Part shown: piece by piece, positions 40,702 through 49,802 of the stretch
Layout: each line of letters begins with the position of its first letter
Numbering within the stretch: the first letter of the stretch is position 1
Virus record (IMG/VR): IMGVR_UViG_3300033153_010600
Coordinates: 1 to 61,344 of that record
Reading direction: 5' to 3' (one strand)
Length of the DNA: 61,344 nt
Source of the DNA: a virus
Lineage: Duplodnaviria > Caudoviricetes
Program-made: the position numbers and the translations under genes
The notes under the pieces: model-generated
Seen by the model: only the letters and a program-made list of their open reading frames with translations
Told to the model about the DNA's origin: nothing
The model's database searches: none

Positions 40702-41985
40702 ATGGCCATCGGAATTCTAGAAGTCAAGCTGGGGCGTCCGATCCAAATGCCAACGAAGCGGTTCCACCAGCTACTCAGGCAGGCCCGCCGCGATTGCTGC
40801 AAAGCACGCAACGCGGCCATGCTCCACTGGTATGTCTGGCGGCGAGAGCACGCGGATTGGGAGCCGGGAAAACCATACGAGGCGCCGAAAGCCAAGATTA
40901 TGCGAACTCGCAAACCGGCAGGCGAAGGGAAGAAGCCACCGAAGGACTCGCCGATTGCCCCTCGCCTATTTCTTAGCCGCGAACTCTACCACGCGGCAAC
41001 CGCGGCGGCGCGGAACCTGTCGGCGTCGCTCGCCTCGTCGTGTGTACAGGAGGTGATCGCCCGACTCAAGGCCAACACCCCTTACGACCACGACGGCGAA
41101 GCGAGGTGGGTATGGCAAGCAATCCTTGCGTCCGAAGTCAATCTGCCCACCTGGCGCGGCGGGCGCATCCCGATGCCCAAGCGGTGCTCGTCGCTCGGAT
41201 ACGACGGGGCCGTCAGCCAACCGTCGGCTGACGTGGCGAGGGCCTGCAAAAGCGGGTGCGTTTTGAAGTTTCAACTGCTGTCTAGGCTGAGCGGCTATAG
41301 GACGCTATCGCCCATCGTCCGACTGGACGCCGCCGACCTGACGCGGGGCAACCGGCGATTGCTGAGGCGTCTGGCGTCTGGCGAGGTACGTCTGGCAGAC
41401 AGCCAGATCGTCGAGAAAAAGGGCAAGTGGTTCGCCCAATTCTGCTACGAGGTGGCGGCCAACGCGATCGGCCTGCCAACGGATCAGGTGTTGACGCTAC
41501 TGCCGGCGGAGCCGGACGACAAGTGGCCGTTCGCGCTCGCATGGACCAAGGAGGATGGGAATGGGCGGGTGTGGAAGATTGGCAACGGGCGGCCGCTCGT
41601 GGCCGAATACCGCCGGGTAGTAGCCCGGCGCCGGGCGATCCGCTACCGCTACCAGGACGGGACGGGCAGCGGGCACGGGCGCCAGCGGTGGTACAAGGCG
41701 ATTCGTCCGATGGCTCACGCCGTGCGGGACATGCAGAACCGCTTTGAGAAGCAGACGATTGCGGACATCATCAAGCTGGCGATTCGTGAGCGGTGCGGCA
41801 CGGTCCTGTACCGCGAGCCGACGATGCCGGTCCGCAACTATTCGTGGTTTGCGGCCAAGGACGTGCCGTTTGACTGGACGAGTTTCGAGGCGAGGCTGCG
41901 GTTCAAGACGGAGACGCGCGGCCTGGCCTACGAGAAGGCGCGTATCGGGATGAAGGAATGGCGTCCAAGAAAAATCGCAAACTGA
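40702..41985 (+). CDS. cas12f: Cas12f-like effector, predicted nuclease-dead and C-terminally truncated
   Basis: Collinear motifs resembling AsCas12f1 as I recall it: RLASGEVRLADSQIVEKKGKWF, GSGHGRQR, LAIRERCGTV, FEARLRFKTE; no GIDLG Asp, no RuvC-II Glu in register, no Zn finger/RuvC-III; between two arrays. Confidence 0.85.
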   Translation: MAIGILEVKLGRPIQMPTKRFHQLLRQARRDCCKARNAAMLHWYVWRREHADWEPGKPYEAPKAKIMRTRKPAGEGKKPPKDSPIAPRLFLSRELYHAATAAARNLSASLASSCVQEVIARLKANTPYDHDGEARWVWQAILASEVNLPTWRGGRIPMPKRCSSLGYDGAVSQPSADVARACKSGCVLKFQLLSRLSGYRTLSPIVRLDAADLTRGNRRLLRRLASGEVRLADSQIVEKKGKWFAQFCYEVAANAIGLPTDQVLTLLPAEPDDKWPFALAWTKEDGNGRVWKIGNGRPLVAEYRRVVARRRAIRYRYQDGTGSGHGRQRWYKAIRPMAHAVRDMQNRFEKQTIADIIKLAIRERCGTVLYREPTMPVRNYSWFAAKDVPFDWTSFEARLRFKTETRGLAYEKARIGMKEWRPRKIAN

Positions 41986-42278
41986 TCCTCGACTGCGAGA
42001 TATGCGGGGAGCCGGTAGTGCTGTCGCCGTCGCGGTACGTCGCGCTCGTGCGGGCTGGCGAGCGGCCGCGGTGCCGGAAGAACGGGTGCGAGAGGTTGTG
42101 CGGTGCGAAAAGTGCGGGGACCTCTCGCGGCACGCAAGTACTTGCCGGGGCGAGGGTTTCGCCGCTGGTAGTGCAATGGCCCCACACGAAGAGGGGCAAC
42201 AAGAATGGAGCCCTCGCAAAGCTGGCCGTAAAGCGAGACGGCGCATGGCGTTACGAGGGGTGCCGTGACGATGGCTGA
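41958..42278 (+). CDS. Possible small Zn-finger ORF overlapping the effector end
   Basis: CEICG...CRKNGC; runs through the probable leader, so it may be spurious. Confidence 0.35.
   Translation: MASKKNRKLILDCEICGEPVVLSPSRYVALVRAGERPRCRKNGCERLCGAKSAGTSRGTQVLAGARVSPLVVQWPHTKRGNKNGALAKLAVKRDGAWRYEGCRDDG
42085..42264 (+). promoter_or_regulatory. Probable leader of array C
   Basis: Inverted repeat GCGAGAGGT...ACCTCTCGC, second CCCTCGCAAA, and GTAA..TTACG just before the first repeat. Confidence 0.6.
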
Positions 42279-43946
42279 AATCGGAGAAGTGTGTTGCGAG
42301 ACACGAGTTCAGGCGATGTATATACTGGTATGAGCAAGTGACGATGGCTGAAATCGGAGAAGTGTGTTGCGAGGGTCCGACGCCTCCGCAATCTGCTTGG
42401 CGTAGCCGAGTGACAACGGCTGAAATCGGAGAAGTGTGTTGCGAGTGCGAGCGTCCTCCACCCCGAGGCTCGGGTACCTCCCGTGACGACGGCTGAAATC
42501 GGAGAAGTGTGTTGCGAGGCACGTCTCTGGCCTCGCCAATCGCCGCGTTCTTGCCGTGACGATGGCTGAAAATCGAGAAGTGTGTTGCGAGAGAACCGTC
42601 AAGTCCGGGTCGCCACCGTGCGACGACGGCTGAAAGCGGAGAAGTGTGTTGCGAGGCGAATACGAGAGACGTGGGCGCCGACCGTTGGCCGCGTGATGAC
42701 GGCTGAAAGCGGAGAAGTGTGTTGCGAGCTGGTAGCGGCAGGCGTGTATCGCCCGAAAGACGGGCGTGACGCGGCTGAAATCCAAGAAGTGTGTTGCGAG
42801 TAGAGTCTGCATAGGCTCAGCGTGTGACAACGGCTGAAAGTCAAGAAGTGTGTTGCGAGCCTGCCGATCGCCCATTGCGTCTCACTCCTTTCGGGTCGTG
42901 ACGATGGCTAAAATCCGAGAAGTGTGTTGCGAGAAGGTCGCCCACCCTCCGAGTGGTGACGACGGCTGAAATTCGAGAAGTGTGTTGCGAGAATGAAGAG
43001 GGAAGGCAGGGGTTACGATCCCATCCGGCGTGATGATGGCTGAAATCTGAGAAGTGTGTTGCGAGGGGTGGACGTGCCGGCGGCGACGATCACGGTGGAC
43101 GGCGTGACGATGGCTGAAATCGGAGAAGTGTGTTGCGAGTCGAGTAGCTGCCCGGGGGCTTGTAGGCACCGGCCCGCGTGACGATGGCTGAAAATCGAGA
43201 AGTGTGTTGCGAGAACCACGCAATCAGGGAGCTGGCCTGGGAGGGTGTCAAGTGACGACGGCTGAAATCGGAGAAGTGTGTTGCGAGGCCGAAAACCGAA
43301 GACGATCAGCGTGCGATAGCTGGTCGTGACGATGGCTGAAATCTGAGAAGTGTGTTGCGAGAGCACGTACGGGCTCACACCCGGCGGTTGACTCCAGCGG
43401 TGACGACGGCTGAAATCTGAGAAGTGTGTTGCGAGCCCTCCCGTGTGACGAGCCGGATGACCTATACGCAGGTGACGACGGCTGAAAATCAAGAAGTGTG
43501 TTGCGAGTCGCCAACCCGGGGATACGTTCAACGGACAGCTACGGACGTGACGATGGCTGAAATTCGAGAAGTGTGTTGCGAGTTGATCGAGAAGATGTTG
43601 GTGGCTGGCCAGCCGGCGTGTGACGATGGCTGAAATTCGAGAAGTGTGTTGCGAGTCGCGGGCCTTCAGGAGGGCAGTTAGCCGTGATTGCAGTGATGAC
43701 GGCTGAAATCTGAGAAGTGTGTTGCGAGGCGTCGATCAGCGCCAGCGGGGCCGGCCCGTGGAATGCGTGACGATGGCTGAAATCTGAGAAGTGTGTTGCG
43801 AGAAGCCAAGAGGCAATGCGAGCACGGCGAATGGGGGCGTGACAACGGCTGAAAGCGGAGAAGTGTGTTGCGAGGCTGCCCAATGTGCCCTTGTATTTGG
43901 CGAGAGAACGCGTGCCAACGGCTGAATCCAAGAAGTGTGTCGCGAG
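42265..43946 (+). CRISPR. CRISPR array C: 24 repeats, 23 spacers
   Basis: 36-nt repeats at ~73-nt period; degenerate last repeat 43912-46. Confidence 0.97.
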
Positions 43947-44289
43947 CGAAAAGAAGCCGCACAAGTACAGGGCCCGCCCCGTTGTGGTAGACGGCATCCG
44001 GTTCGCAAGCAAGCGGGAAGCCGCCCGCTACGGCGAGCTGCGATTGCTGGAGCGCGGCGGCCGGATCAAGAATCTCCAGGTCCATCCGCCTTTTATATTG
44101 CAAGAAAAGTTCATCCGGCCGGACGGAAGGAAGGTGCCGGCAATCCGATACATAGGGGATTTCTCCTATTGGGAGGCCGGCGTGTTCGTTGTGGAAGATG
44201 TGAAGGGCGTCGAGACCGTAGTGTGGAAGCTGAAGCAGAAAATGTTTTGGAAGCGGTACCCCGAGATCGATCTGAGGATAGTAAAATGA
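43912..44289 (+). CDS. DUF1064-family putative endonuclease
   Basis: KYRARPVVVDGIRFASKREAARYGEL..YIGDFSY..VVEDVKG; the likely GTG start lies in the last repeat. Confidence 0.85.
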   Translation: MPTAESKKCVASEKKPHKYRARPVVVDGIRFASKREAARYGELRLLERGGRIKNLQVHPPFILQEKFIRPDGRKVPAIRYIGDFSYWEAGVFVVEDVKGVETVVWKLKQKMFWKRYPEIDLRIVK

Positions 44290-44460
44290 ACACGCTGATC
44301 TTCCTGGCCGCGTGGCTGGCGATGGGCCTGGCTGGCGTCGCCCTTGGGGCGATTGCACGGCGGCGTATCGGCTTGCCGCAGAACGACCGCCTAACGCAGG
44401 TCACAGCTTCGTTTGCTGGGCCGATGGTCCTGATAGGCGGGATCGTGATGCTGATCTACT

Positions 44461-44516
44461 CTCGCAACATACTTCGCAGCACAACTGCATGGTACCATTC
44501 CTCGGCGGACGCAGGG
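44461..44516 (-). promoter_or_regulatory. Promoter + repeat-handle cassette
   Basis: CGTCCGCCGAGGAATGGTACCAT...GAAGTATGTTGCGAG on the minus strand. Confidence 0.65.
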
Positions 44517-44626
44517 AGGACGACTCGCAATTTGCCCTGTCGCAAGACGCCCCCCCCGGACAGTAGGGAAGGGTCGGCCGAGCCGACCCTTCCCCCCAAA
44601 AGTACCGTGTCGCCGGAGAAATAGCG

Positions 44627-45313
44627 ATGAAATGTTCGGCCGTAGTCCTATCCTTCAATCGCGTGCCCAACCTGGGCCGTATCGTCGAGAACCTCCGGCG
44701 GCACGACTGGATAGACGACATCGTGATATGGCACCAAGGCGAGCGGCTGCCGCCCGACTTCGAAGTGTGTTGCGAGCCTATCTGGTATGGCGTCCGCGAA
44801 ATCCACGCGCACAACCGCCTGCGCATGGGGCGATTCGACGCGATGGACCATTGCGCCCACGACGCGGTGCTCGTCCAGGACGACGACACGCTGCCCCGCA
44901 ACCTCGACGCGGCGTGGCAAGCCTGGCGCGAGGAGCAGTCCCGGATCGTTGCCCTGCTCGACCGTGGGCACCTGATGACGGACCGCTGGCGGCACTGGGG
45001 CGATTGCCATGAGGTGCTGCTCGGCTGGGGCGCAATCCTCGATCGGCGGTGGCGGAACGTGTTCAGGCTATGGGAGCACAGCTACGGCGTTGACGAGTTG
45101 CTAGAGCGGAAGGCCGACCGTATCTTCTCAATCCTCCAGCGGCGGCACCACACCGTCCTGCTGGCTGACTACGAGAAGCTACCCGGGGCGGACTCGAACG
45201 ACGCGGCGTGGAAGCAGCCGGACCATGACGCGACGACGAGAGAGGCGAGAGAGCGGTGCCTGAACGGCATATGTGGAATGGGATTGCAGCGCCACGAGTA
45301 CCGGATACGATAA
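44627..45313 (+). CDS. GT-A glycosyltransferase-like protein
   Basis: AVVLSFNR..DIVIW..VQDDD..LGWGA..ADRIF; in-frame handle at 44762-76. Confidence 0.75.
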   Translation: MKCSAVVLSFNRVPNLGRIVENLRRHDWIDDIVIWHQGERLPPDFEVCCEPIWYGVREIHAHNRLRMGRFDAMDHCAHDAVLVQDDDTLPRNLDAAWQAWREEQSRIVALLDRGHLMTDRWRHWGDCHEVLLGWGAILDRRWRNVFRLWEHSYGVDELLERKADRIFSILQRRHHTVLLADYEKLPGADSNDAAWKQPDHDATTREARERCLNGICGMGLQRHEYRIR

Positions 45314-46038
45314 TGCATTTGCCCCTGTACCCCGTGCCGAGCGACACTTGGCAGGACGAATACGAGGCGTGTTTGGCGGACCCGTACCTGCAAAAGAAAT
45401 ACGACCGGGAGAAGAGCATCCGGGAGCACGTCGACTACTTCGGCCGATACTGCCCGGAACTCGTGCCCGTAACCAAACCGCCCGGGCTGGTCGTCGACAT
45501 CGGCCCCGGCTTCGGCGTTGGGCTAGAGGTCGCCCGCCAGCTCGGATACGACACGATCGGCGTCGAGTCCCCGTCCGGCGATGGCGGGATGGGGGACGCC
45601 TACCACCGGCTGAGTCGCCTACTGCATGCGCGGCAGAAGCTAGCCGTAACCTACGTCGGCTGGCAGGAGTGGGTTGAGGCGGCCGAGATTCCCGAGGACA
45701 GCGTGTTTCTGTTCAACTCGCGCGGATCGTGGGAGCAGTGCTACGCGGAACTTCTGAGCGGCCCGCCTCACGACCGGCACCACGACTGCAAACAGCAGAC
45801 GTGGGATCAGATCGTGACGTGCGTTATCCGGTGGCGGCGGGCGTTCGCGTTCATGGCGTCCCGGCTCGTGCCTGGCGGGCTCGTGCTGATCCACGCCAAC
45901 GGGACCGGCTCGTCGACCAGCGACCGATGGTACAGCGCGGCGATAGCCGCCGCTGGGGAGTTTGCCGGACTCGAATTGGCGCTGAAGGAGGGCAATAAAT
46001 TGCACAAGTGGAAGAAACCACAACTGATGGAGACATAG
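45313..46038 (+). CDS. Class I SAM methyltransferase
   Basis: VVDIGPGFG; LVPGGLV. Confidence 0.75.
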   Translation: MHLPLYPVPSDTWQDEYEACLADPYLQKKYDREKSIREHVDYFGRYCPELVPVTKPPGLVVDIGPGFGVGLEVARQLGYDTIGVESPSGDGGMGDAYHRLSRLLHARQKLAVTYVGWQEWVEAAEIPEDSVFLFNSRGSWEQCYAELLSGPPHDRHHDCKQQTWDQIVTCVIRWRRAFAFMASRLVPGGLVLIHANGTGSSTSDRWYSAAIAAAGEFAGLELALKEGNKLHKWKKPQLMET

Positions 46039-46041
46039 CCG

Positions 46042-46626
46042 ATGCCAGGCTCGCAACACACTTCAACTTCCCATCATAGCGGAAAGACGGTTGCCGACAA
46101 GTCATCCGAGGGAAACGGCGAAGAAATCGACCGGCTGAAATCGGAAATCGCCGCACACAAGGAAAGCCTGAAAACATGCCGCAAGACGATTGCGTCGCTC
46201 GAACAGTCTCTGGAAACGGCCAACGCTGCGATTTGGCGAATCGTAGATGAGGTCTGGTCGGTGCGAACTTGCAAGGAAAACGTCGAGCTGGGCGAGACAG
46301 TCGAGGCATTGGTTGAAAACCACAAAGCGTATCTCGCGTTGATCAGGTCGAGGAGGCAAGAGGCTGCAAGAATATGCAAGGAAGCACGCGAGATTCAATC
46401 CGCGTTGCGGTTCGTCGGGCGTGCTGCCAGTTCAGGGTCGAGCGGTATGATGTTCGGATCAGCAGAGCACTTGGTACTCAGCATCGACGCAATCATGCGC
46501 CAGGCGTGTCGAGATATTGACGGTTTGATTGCCAGTTCGACTGGCGTCGTAAACGGCAGCCAAGATCGCTTGATGCGGGACGCGGTGGCAGAACTCCCGC
46601 AACACCACTCGCAACACACTTCATAA
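46042..46626 (+). CDS. Coiled-coil hypothetical protein
   Basis: Both ends contain antisense handle cassettes (46050-64, 46608-22; SQHTS). Confidence 0.6.
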   Translation: MPGSQHTSTSHHSGKTVADKSSEGNGEEIDRLKSEIAAHKESLKTCRKTIASLEQSLETANAAIWRIVDEVWSVRTCKENVELGETVEALVENHKAYLALIRSRRQEAARICKEAREIQSALRFVGRAASSGSSGMMFGSAEHLVLSIDAIMRQACRDIDGLIASSTGVVNGSQDRLMRDAVAELPQHHSQHTS

Positions 46627-46660
46627 CTGTATTATACCATGTCCTCAGCGGACGCAGCAA
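46608..46660 (-). promoter_or_regulatory. Promoter + repeat-handle cassette
   Basis: TTGCTG-18 bp-TATAAT, 8 nt, GAAGTGTGTTGCGAG. Confidence 0.8.
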
Positions 46661-46685
46661 GGAGTCTTGACATGAAGGACGCGGG

Positions 46686-47600
46686 ATGCGGGCAATAATA
46701 ATATACGACGTGGACGGTTTCGCGTACCACCGGCGGGCGGTAGCATTGAAAAAGTACGCGCCGCCCGACGCGGACGTGCGGCTTGTCAGGACGCCCGACT
46801 ACTGCGGCCCCGGCGACGCGGACGTAGTGGTGCTTTTGGACTATATCTGTCTGGGCATGGTTCAGGGCATGACGCCGGCCCGAGTGCCGCTCGTTTGCAC
46901 ATTTTCGGCGGACCACCGGCGGCGGGAGAAACAGTGGCGGCACACCTGCGAGCACGCCGACTGGGTGATAGCGTTGAGCCGGGAGCGGTACGAGGCGGAG
47001 CCGCGATTCGGCAACACCTGCTGCATTGCCAACGGCGTGGACCTCGACGATTTTGGTGCAGACGTACCGATCGAGGGCCGGCCAGACAAGGCGCTGTGGA
47101 TCGGCCAGGACGGGCGAGGGGACAACAAGGGGCTGATCTCCGTCCTGTCGCCGCTGCGCAAGCTGGCCGAGCGGAGCGGGTTCGCCTGCGACTTCCGGGC
47201 GGTGGGCCCTCGCGGATTTTCTACGGATCGCCTGCGGAGTTGGTATAATAGCGGGAGTTACATCGTGTGCGCTAGCCGCTCGGAGGCGACGGCAAACACG
47301 GTGATGGAGGCAGCCGCTTGCGGCTGCGTGCCGGTGAGCACGCCGGTTGGTACCCTGACGGATTGGGGCCAGGATGGCGAGAACTGCGTGCTCGTGAAGG
47401 ATCGGTCGCCGGAGGCGTTCCTGAAAGGACTGCAACGGGCGAAGGACGCACGCCTCCGGCTGGCCGCCGGCACGATGGAGGCCGTGGCGAGGTATGACTA
47501 CCGCCGCGTGGCGGAGCTGTACTGGGAGGATGTAATTCGGCCAATCGCCGAAGGGCGCCGGCCGGAACAATTCTGCTACCTCTCGCAACACACTTCCTGA
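46686..47600 (+). CDS. GT4-like glycosyltransferase
   Basis: IANGVD..CASRSEATANTVMEAAACGCVPVST. Confidence 0.85.
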   Translation: MRAIIIYDVDGFAYHRRAVALKKYAPPDADVRLVRTPDYCGPGDADVVVLLDYICLGMVQGMTPARVPLVCTFSADHRRREKQWRHTCEHADWVIALSRERYEAEPRFGNTCCIANGVDLDDFGADVPIEGRPDKALWIGQDGRGDNKGLISVLSPLRKLAERSGFACDFRAVGPRGFSTDRLRSWYNSGSYIVCASRSEATANTVMEAAACGCVPVSTPVGTLTDWGQDGENCVLVKDRSPEAFLKGLQRAKDARLRLAAGTMEAVARYDYRRVAELYWEDVIRPIAEGRRPEQFCYLSQHTS

Positions 47601-47739
47601 CTATATTATACTATATCCACCGAGGAAATTTTGTAGGAGAAAGAGCCGTGGAGCCAGAATTGAGTTCGGAAGCCTGAAACCACCTTAAGAACTCGGCCGT
47701 TAAGGCTGCTATAATGGGGAGTATGAAGTGTGTTGCGAG
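47582..47739. promoter_or_regulatory. Back-to-back promoter + handle cassettes
   Basis: Minus: TATAAT 47610-05, handle 47596-82. Plus: TGCTATAAT 47707-15, handle 47725-39. Confidence 0.8.
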
Positions 47740-48000
47740 AGTAAAGACAAGACCTCGGACGCAACCACAGTGATAAGCGGGTGCGCCTTGTTGGCGTGGC
47801 GAGTGTTCGTAGTGTTGCCTCTGTGGTATGTGTTGCTGGCGTCGCTGCTTTTGGCTACAGATGCCGAAGGGTGGCAATGGGTTCTGTACATCCTGTATGT
47901 TCCCGCGGGGGTATTCGGCTCCATAATGGTGTATGGATTCAATCTCCTACGCAAGGCAAATAGCATAAGCCCTTCCGAGAAGTGTATTGCGAACGAGTGA
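47728..48000 (+). CDS. Small membrane protein
   Basis: Two hydrophobic segments; bounded by handles; start uncertain. Confidence 0.45.
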   Translation: MCCESKDKTSDATTVISGCALLAWRVFVVLPLWYVLLASLLLATDAEGWQWVLYILYVPAGVFGSIMVYGFNLLRKANSISPSEKCIANE

Positions 48001-48021
48001 GCGGGCGAAAGGAGAAGCGGT

Positions 48022-48438
48022 ATGTGGTCAATCGTGGTATGGTTTGTCGTCCCGGGCATTGTAATGGGGCTTGGCCTGTTCATGGCATGGCGGGCTAACA
48101 AAATGCCTATCAAATGCACAGGTCTTGTAATGCTGGTCCTCATAGGGATGGCTCTGGGGACCTGCTTAGCTATTCTGCCGTTGTTTCGCATTGAAATACA
48201 CGCCCAAATCGCACGATTTCATTCCGTTCGGCAATCCGTGGAAGCTGCGCGTAACGGCAACACCGCCGAAGATATCGAGCGTGCCGCCATGTTGGACAAA
48301 ATCGTCGAGCGGGCCGCCCTGTCGCACAAAACCGTCGAGGCCAACGAATGGCTGGCACGATCTCGCTACTACGCGAGTCGATGGTATCTGGACGTATTCT
48401 GGCCTGACGAGGTGCTGATGTTGGAACCGATACGGTGA
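48022..48438 (+). CDS. Membrane protein
   Basis: AAGGAG RBS; two N-terminal TM segments. Confidence 0.65.
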   Translation: MWSIVVWFVVPGIVMGLGLFMAWRANKMPIKCTGLVMLVLIGMALGTCLAILPLFRIEIHAQIARFHSVRQSVEAARNGNTAEDIERAAMLDKIVERAALSHKTVEANEWLARSRYYASRWYLDVFWPDEVLMLEPIR

Positions 48439-49139
48439 CTGCTGCTATCCCCAAGGTAACGGCCGTCCTGCTTAACTGGAGGCGGCCGGACAACATCCCG
48501 CTGATCCTGGAACGGCTGGCCGAGCAGCCGTTTGTCGATGAAATAGTGCTGTGGAACAACGACGACAGCATTTGCGAGCACAAGGACCACTCGGACTGGT
48601 TCTGGGCGACGGGCGACGTAAGGCTGCGTCTTCTGTTTCGGTTCGCCAACCTCGGCACTTGGGCGAGATTCCTCGCGTGCCGAGAGGCGTCTTGCGACTG
48701 GATTATCACGCAGGACGACGACTGCCTCTGCGACAACTGGCCCGAACTCTACCGCGAGGCTCTGGCCCATCCCGACGCGATTACGGCCAACATGCACCGC
48801 AACGAGGACGACACCCACGACGGGCTGATCTACGTCGACGGCAAGTGCTGGGATGTATGGCTTGGCTGGGGCTCGATGTTCCGACGGGAGCTGATAGGAG
48901 ACATATTCGAGCGGTACGTGGCCAAGTGGGGCGAGGACGAGTGCCTGCTACGGGACGCGGACCGAGTGTTTGCGGTGGCACTGGGGCGTAGGCACCACGC
49001 GATCCAAGCCAGAACCGAAAACTTGCCGGGGATCGACGGGCCGATGGCGATCCACAAGGATGGGAGGAAACACCTCACATGGCTTGCGCGGCGGCGAGGA
49101 GTCCAGTTGGCGGAGAAATGCGAAAGGGAGGGACGATGA
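48435..49139 (+). CDS. GT-A glycosyltransferase-like protein (paralog of 44627)
   Basis: AVLLNWRRPDN..EIVLWNN..TQDDD..LGWGS..ADRVF. Confidence 0.78.
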   Translation: MTAAIPKVTAVLLNWRRPDNIPLILERLAEQPFVDEIVLWNNDDSICEHKDHSDWFWATGDVRLRLLFRFANLGTWARFLACREASCDWIITQDDDCLCDNWPELYREALAHPDAITANMHRNEDDTHDGLIYVDGKCWDVWLGWGSMFRRELIGDIFERYVAKWGEDECLLRDADRVFAVALGRRHHAIQARTENLPGIDGPMAIHKDGRKHLTWLARRRGVQLAEKCEREGR

Positions 49140-49333
49140 GCAGATCTGATTTGCGGTACGCCGTGATTGTTGCGGTGACTCATGCGCTCTACAGCGGAGA
49201 TACATGGAGAGCGTCAGCAGTAGAGTCAGGACCGGTATATCGTCGTGCTGCCGAAATCGCGGTAAAGCAGGCTGACGCAATCCTGGCATGTCTTGAGTCA
49301 GAAGACCAAGAAACCGCTGAATAGGATGAAAAA

Positions 49334-49537
49334 ATGAGTGAGTGGAAAAGGTATCGGAAACGAGGCACAACCGAGATGCGCCCATACGTGCCGGGCGAAG
49401 ATCTGTCGGACATATCCGTCAACAAGGAAGACACGCCAGAGGAGGGCGGCATGATTGCCCGCAACTCGGACAACCACGAGGACCAATGGTACGTCGCCAA
49501 GGCGTATTTTGCAGCCCATTACGAGGCGGCGCAATGA
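49334..49537 (+). CDS. Hypothetical phage protein
   Basis: WKRYRKRG..MRPYVPGE..MIARN..WYVAKAYF. Confidence 0.65.
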   Translation: MSEWKRYRKRGTTEMRPYVPGEDLSDISVNKEDTPEEGGMIARNSDNHEDQWYVAKAYFAAHYEAAQ

Positions 49538-49760
49538 GCCGCACCATCATCGCCGGCAACGGCCACAAGATCGGCTACGTCCATATTCCTTGCACCGGCG
49601 GGCGGAGCGTAATGCACGCACTGGGGCTTTTGCCGAGCCACGCAACCGCGGCGGAATTGAGGCGTCGGCACCCGGACCTGACGCATGTCGTTGCCATAGT
49701 CCGCTCCCCGTTTACGCTGCTCGTCTCGTGGTACAATCGGATCTCGCAACACACTTCAGC
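49534..49760 (+). pseudogene. Truncated sulfotransferase-family gene
   Basis: YVHIPCTGGRS..HATA..IVRSPFTLLVSWY, then runs directly into a handle cassette. Confidence 0.6.
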
Positions 49761-49802
49761 ATCTTATCATAGCGAAAAAGACGGTCGAGGACAAGTCATC
49801 CG

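Noticed and set aside
40702-41985. IS200/IS605 TnpB or an active Cas12f nuclease
   Set aside because: No transposase or IS ends seen; it is flanked by arrays and a tracrRNA candidate; catalytic residues and the C-terminal domain are missing.
25678-43946. Array spacers targeting this window
   Set aside because: Spot checks found only ~11-nt matches (e.g. GTATTTGGCGA at ~17027 and in spacer 43875-911), compatible with chance; a full alignment is needed.
39138-44012. Long ORFs across the arrays (e.g. 39138-40322, 42309-42875, 43013-43531)
   Set aside because: They are translations of repeats (SQHTS, RNTLL, LATHF) with no protein signal.
38769-44300. Sigma-factor-coupled dCas12f activator
   Set aside because: No ECF sigma factor is recognisable in the window; a partner elsewhere is not excluded.
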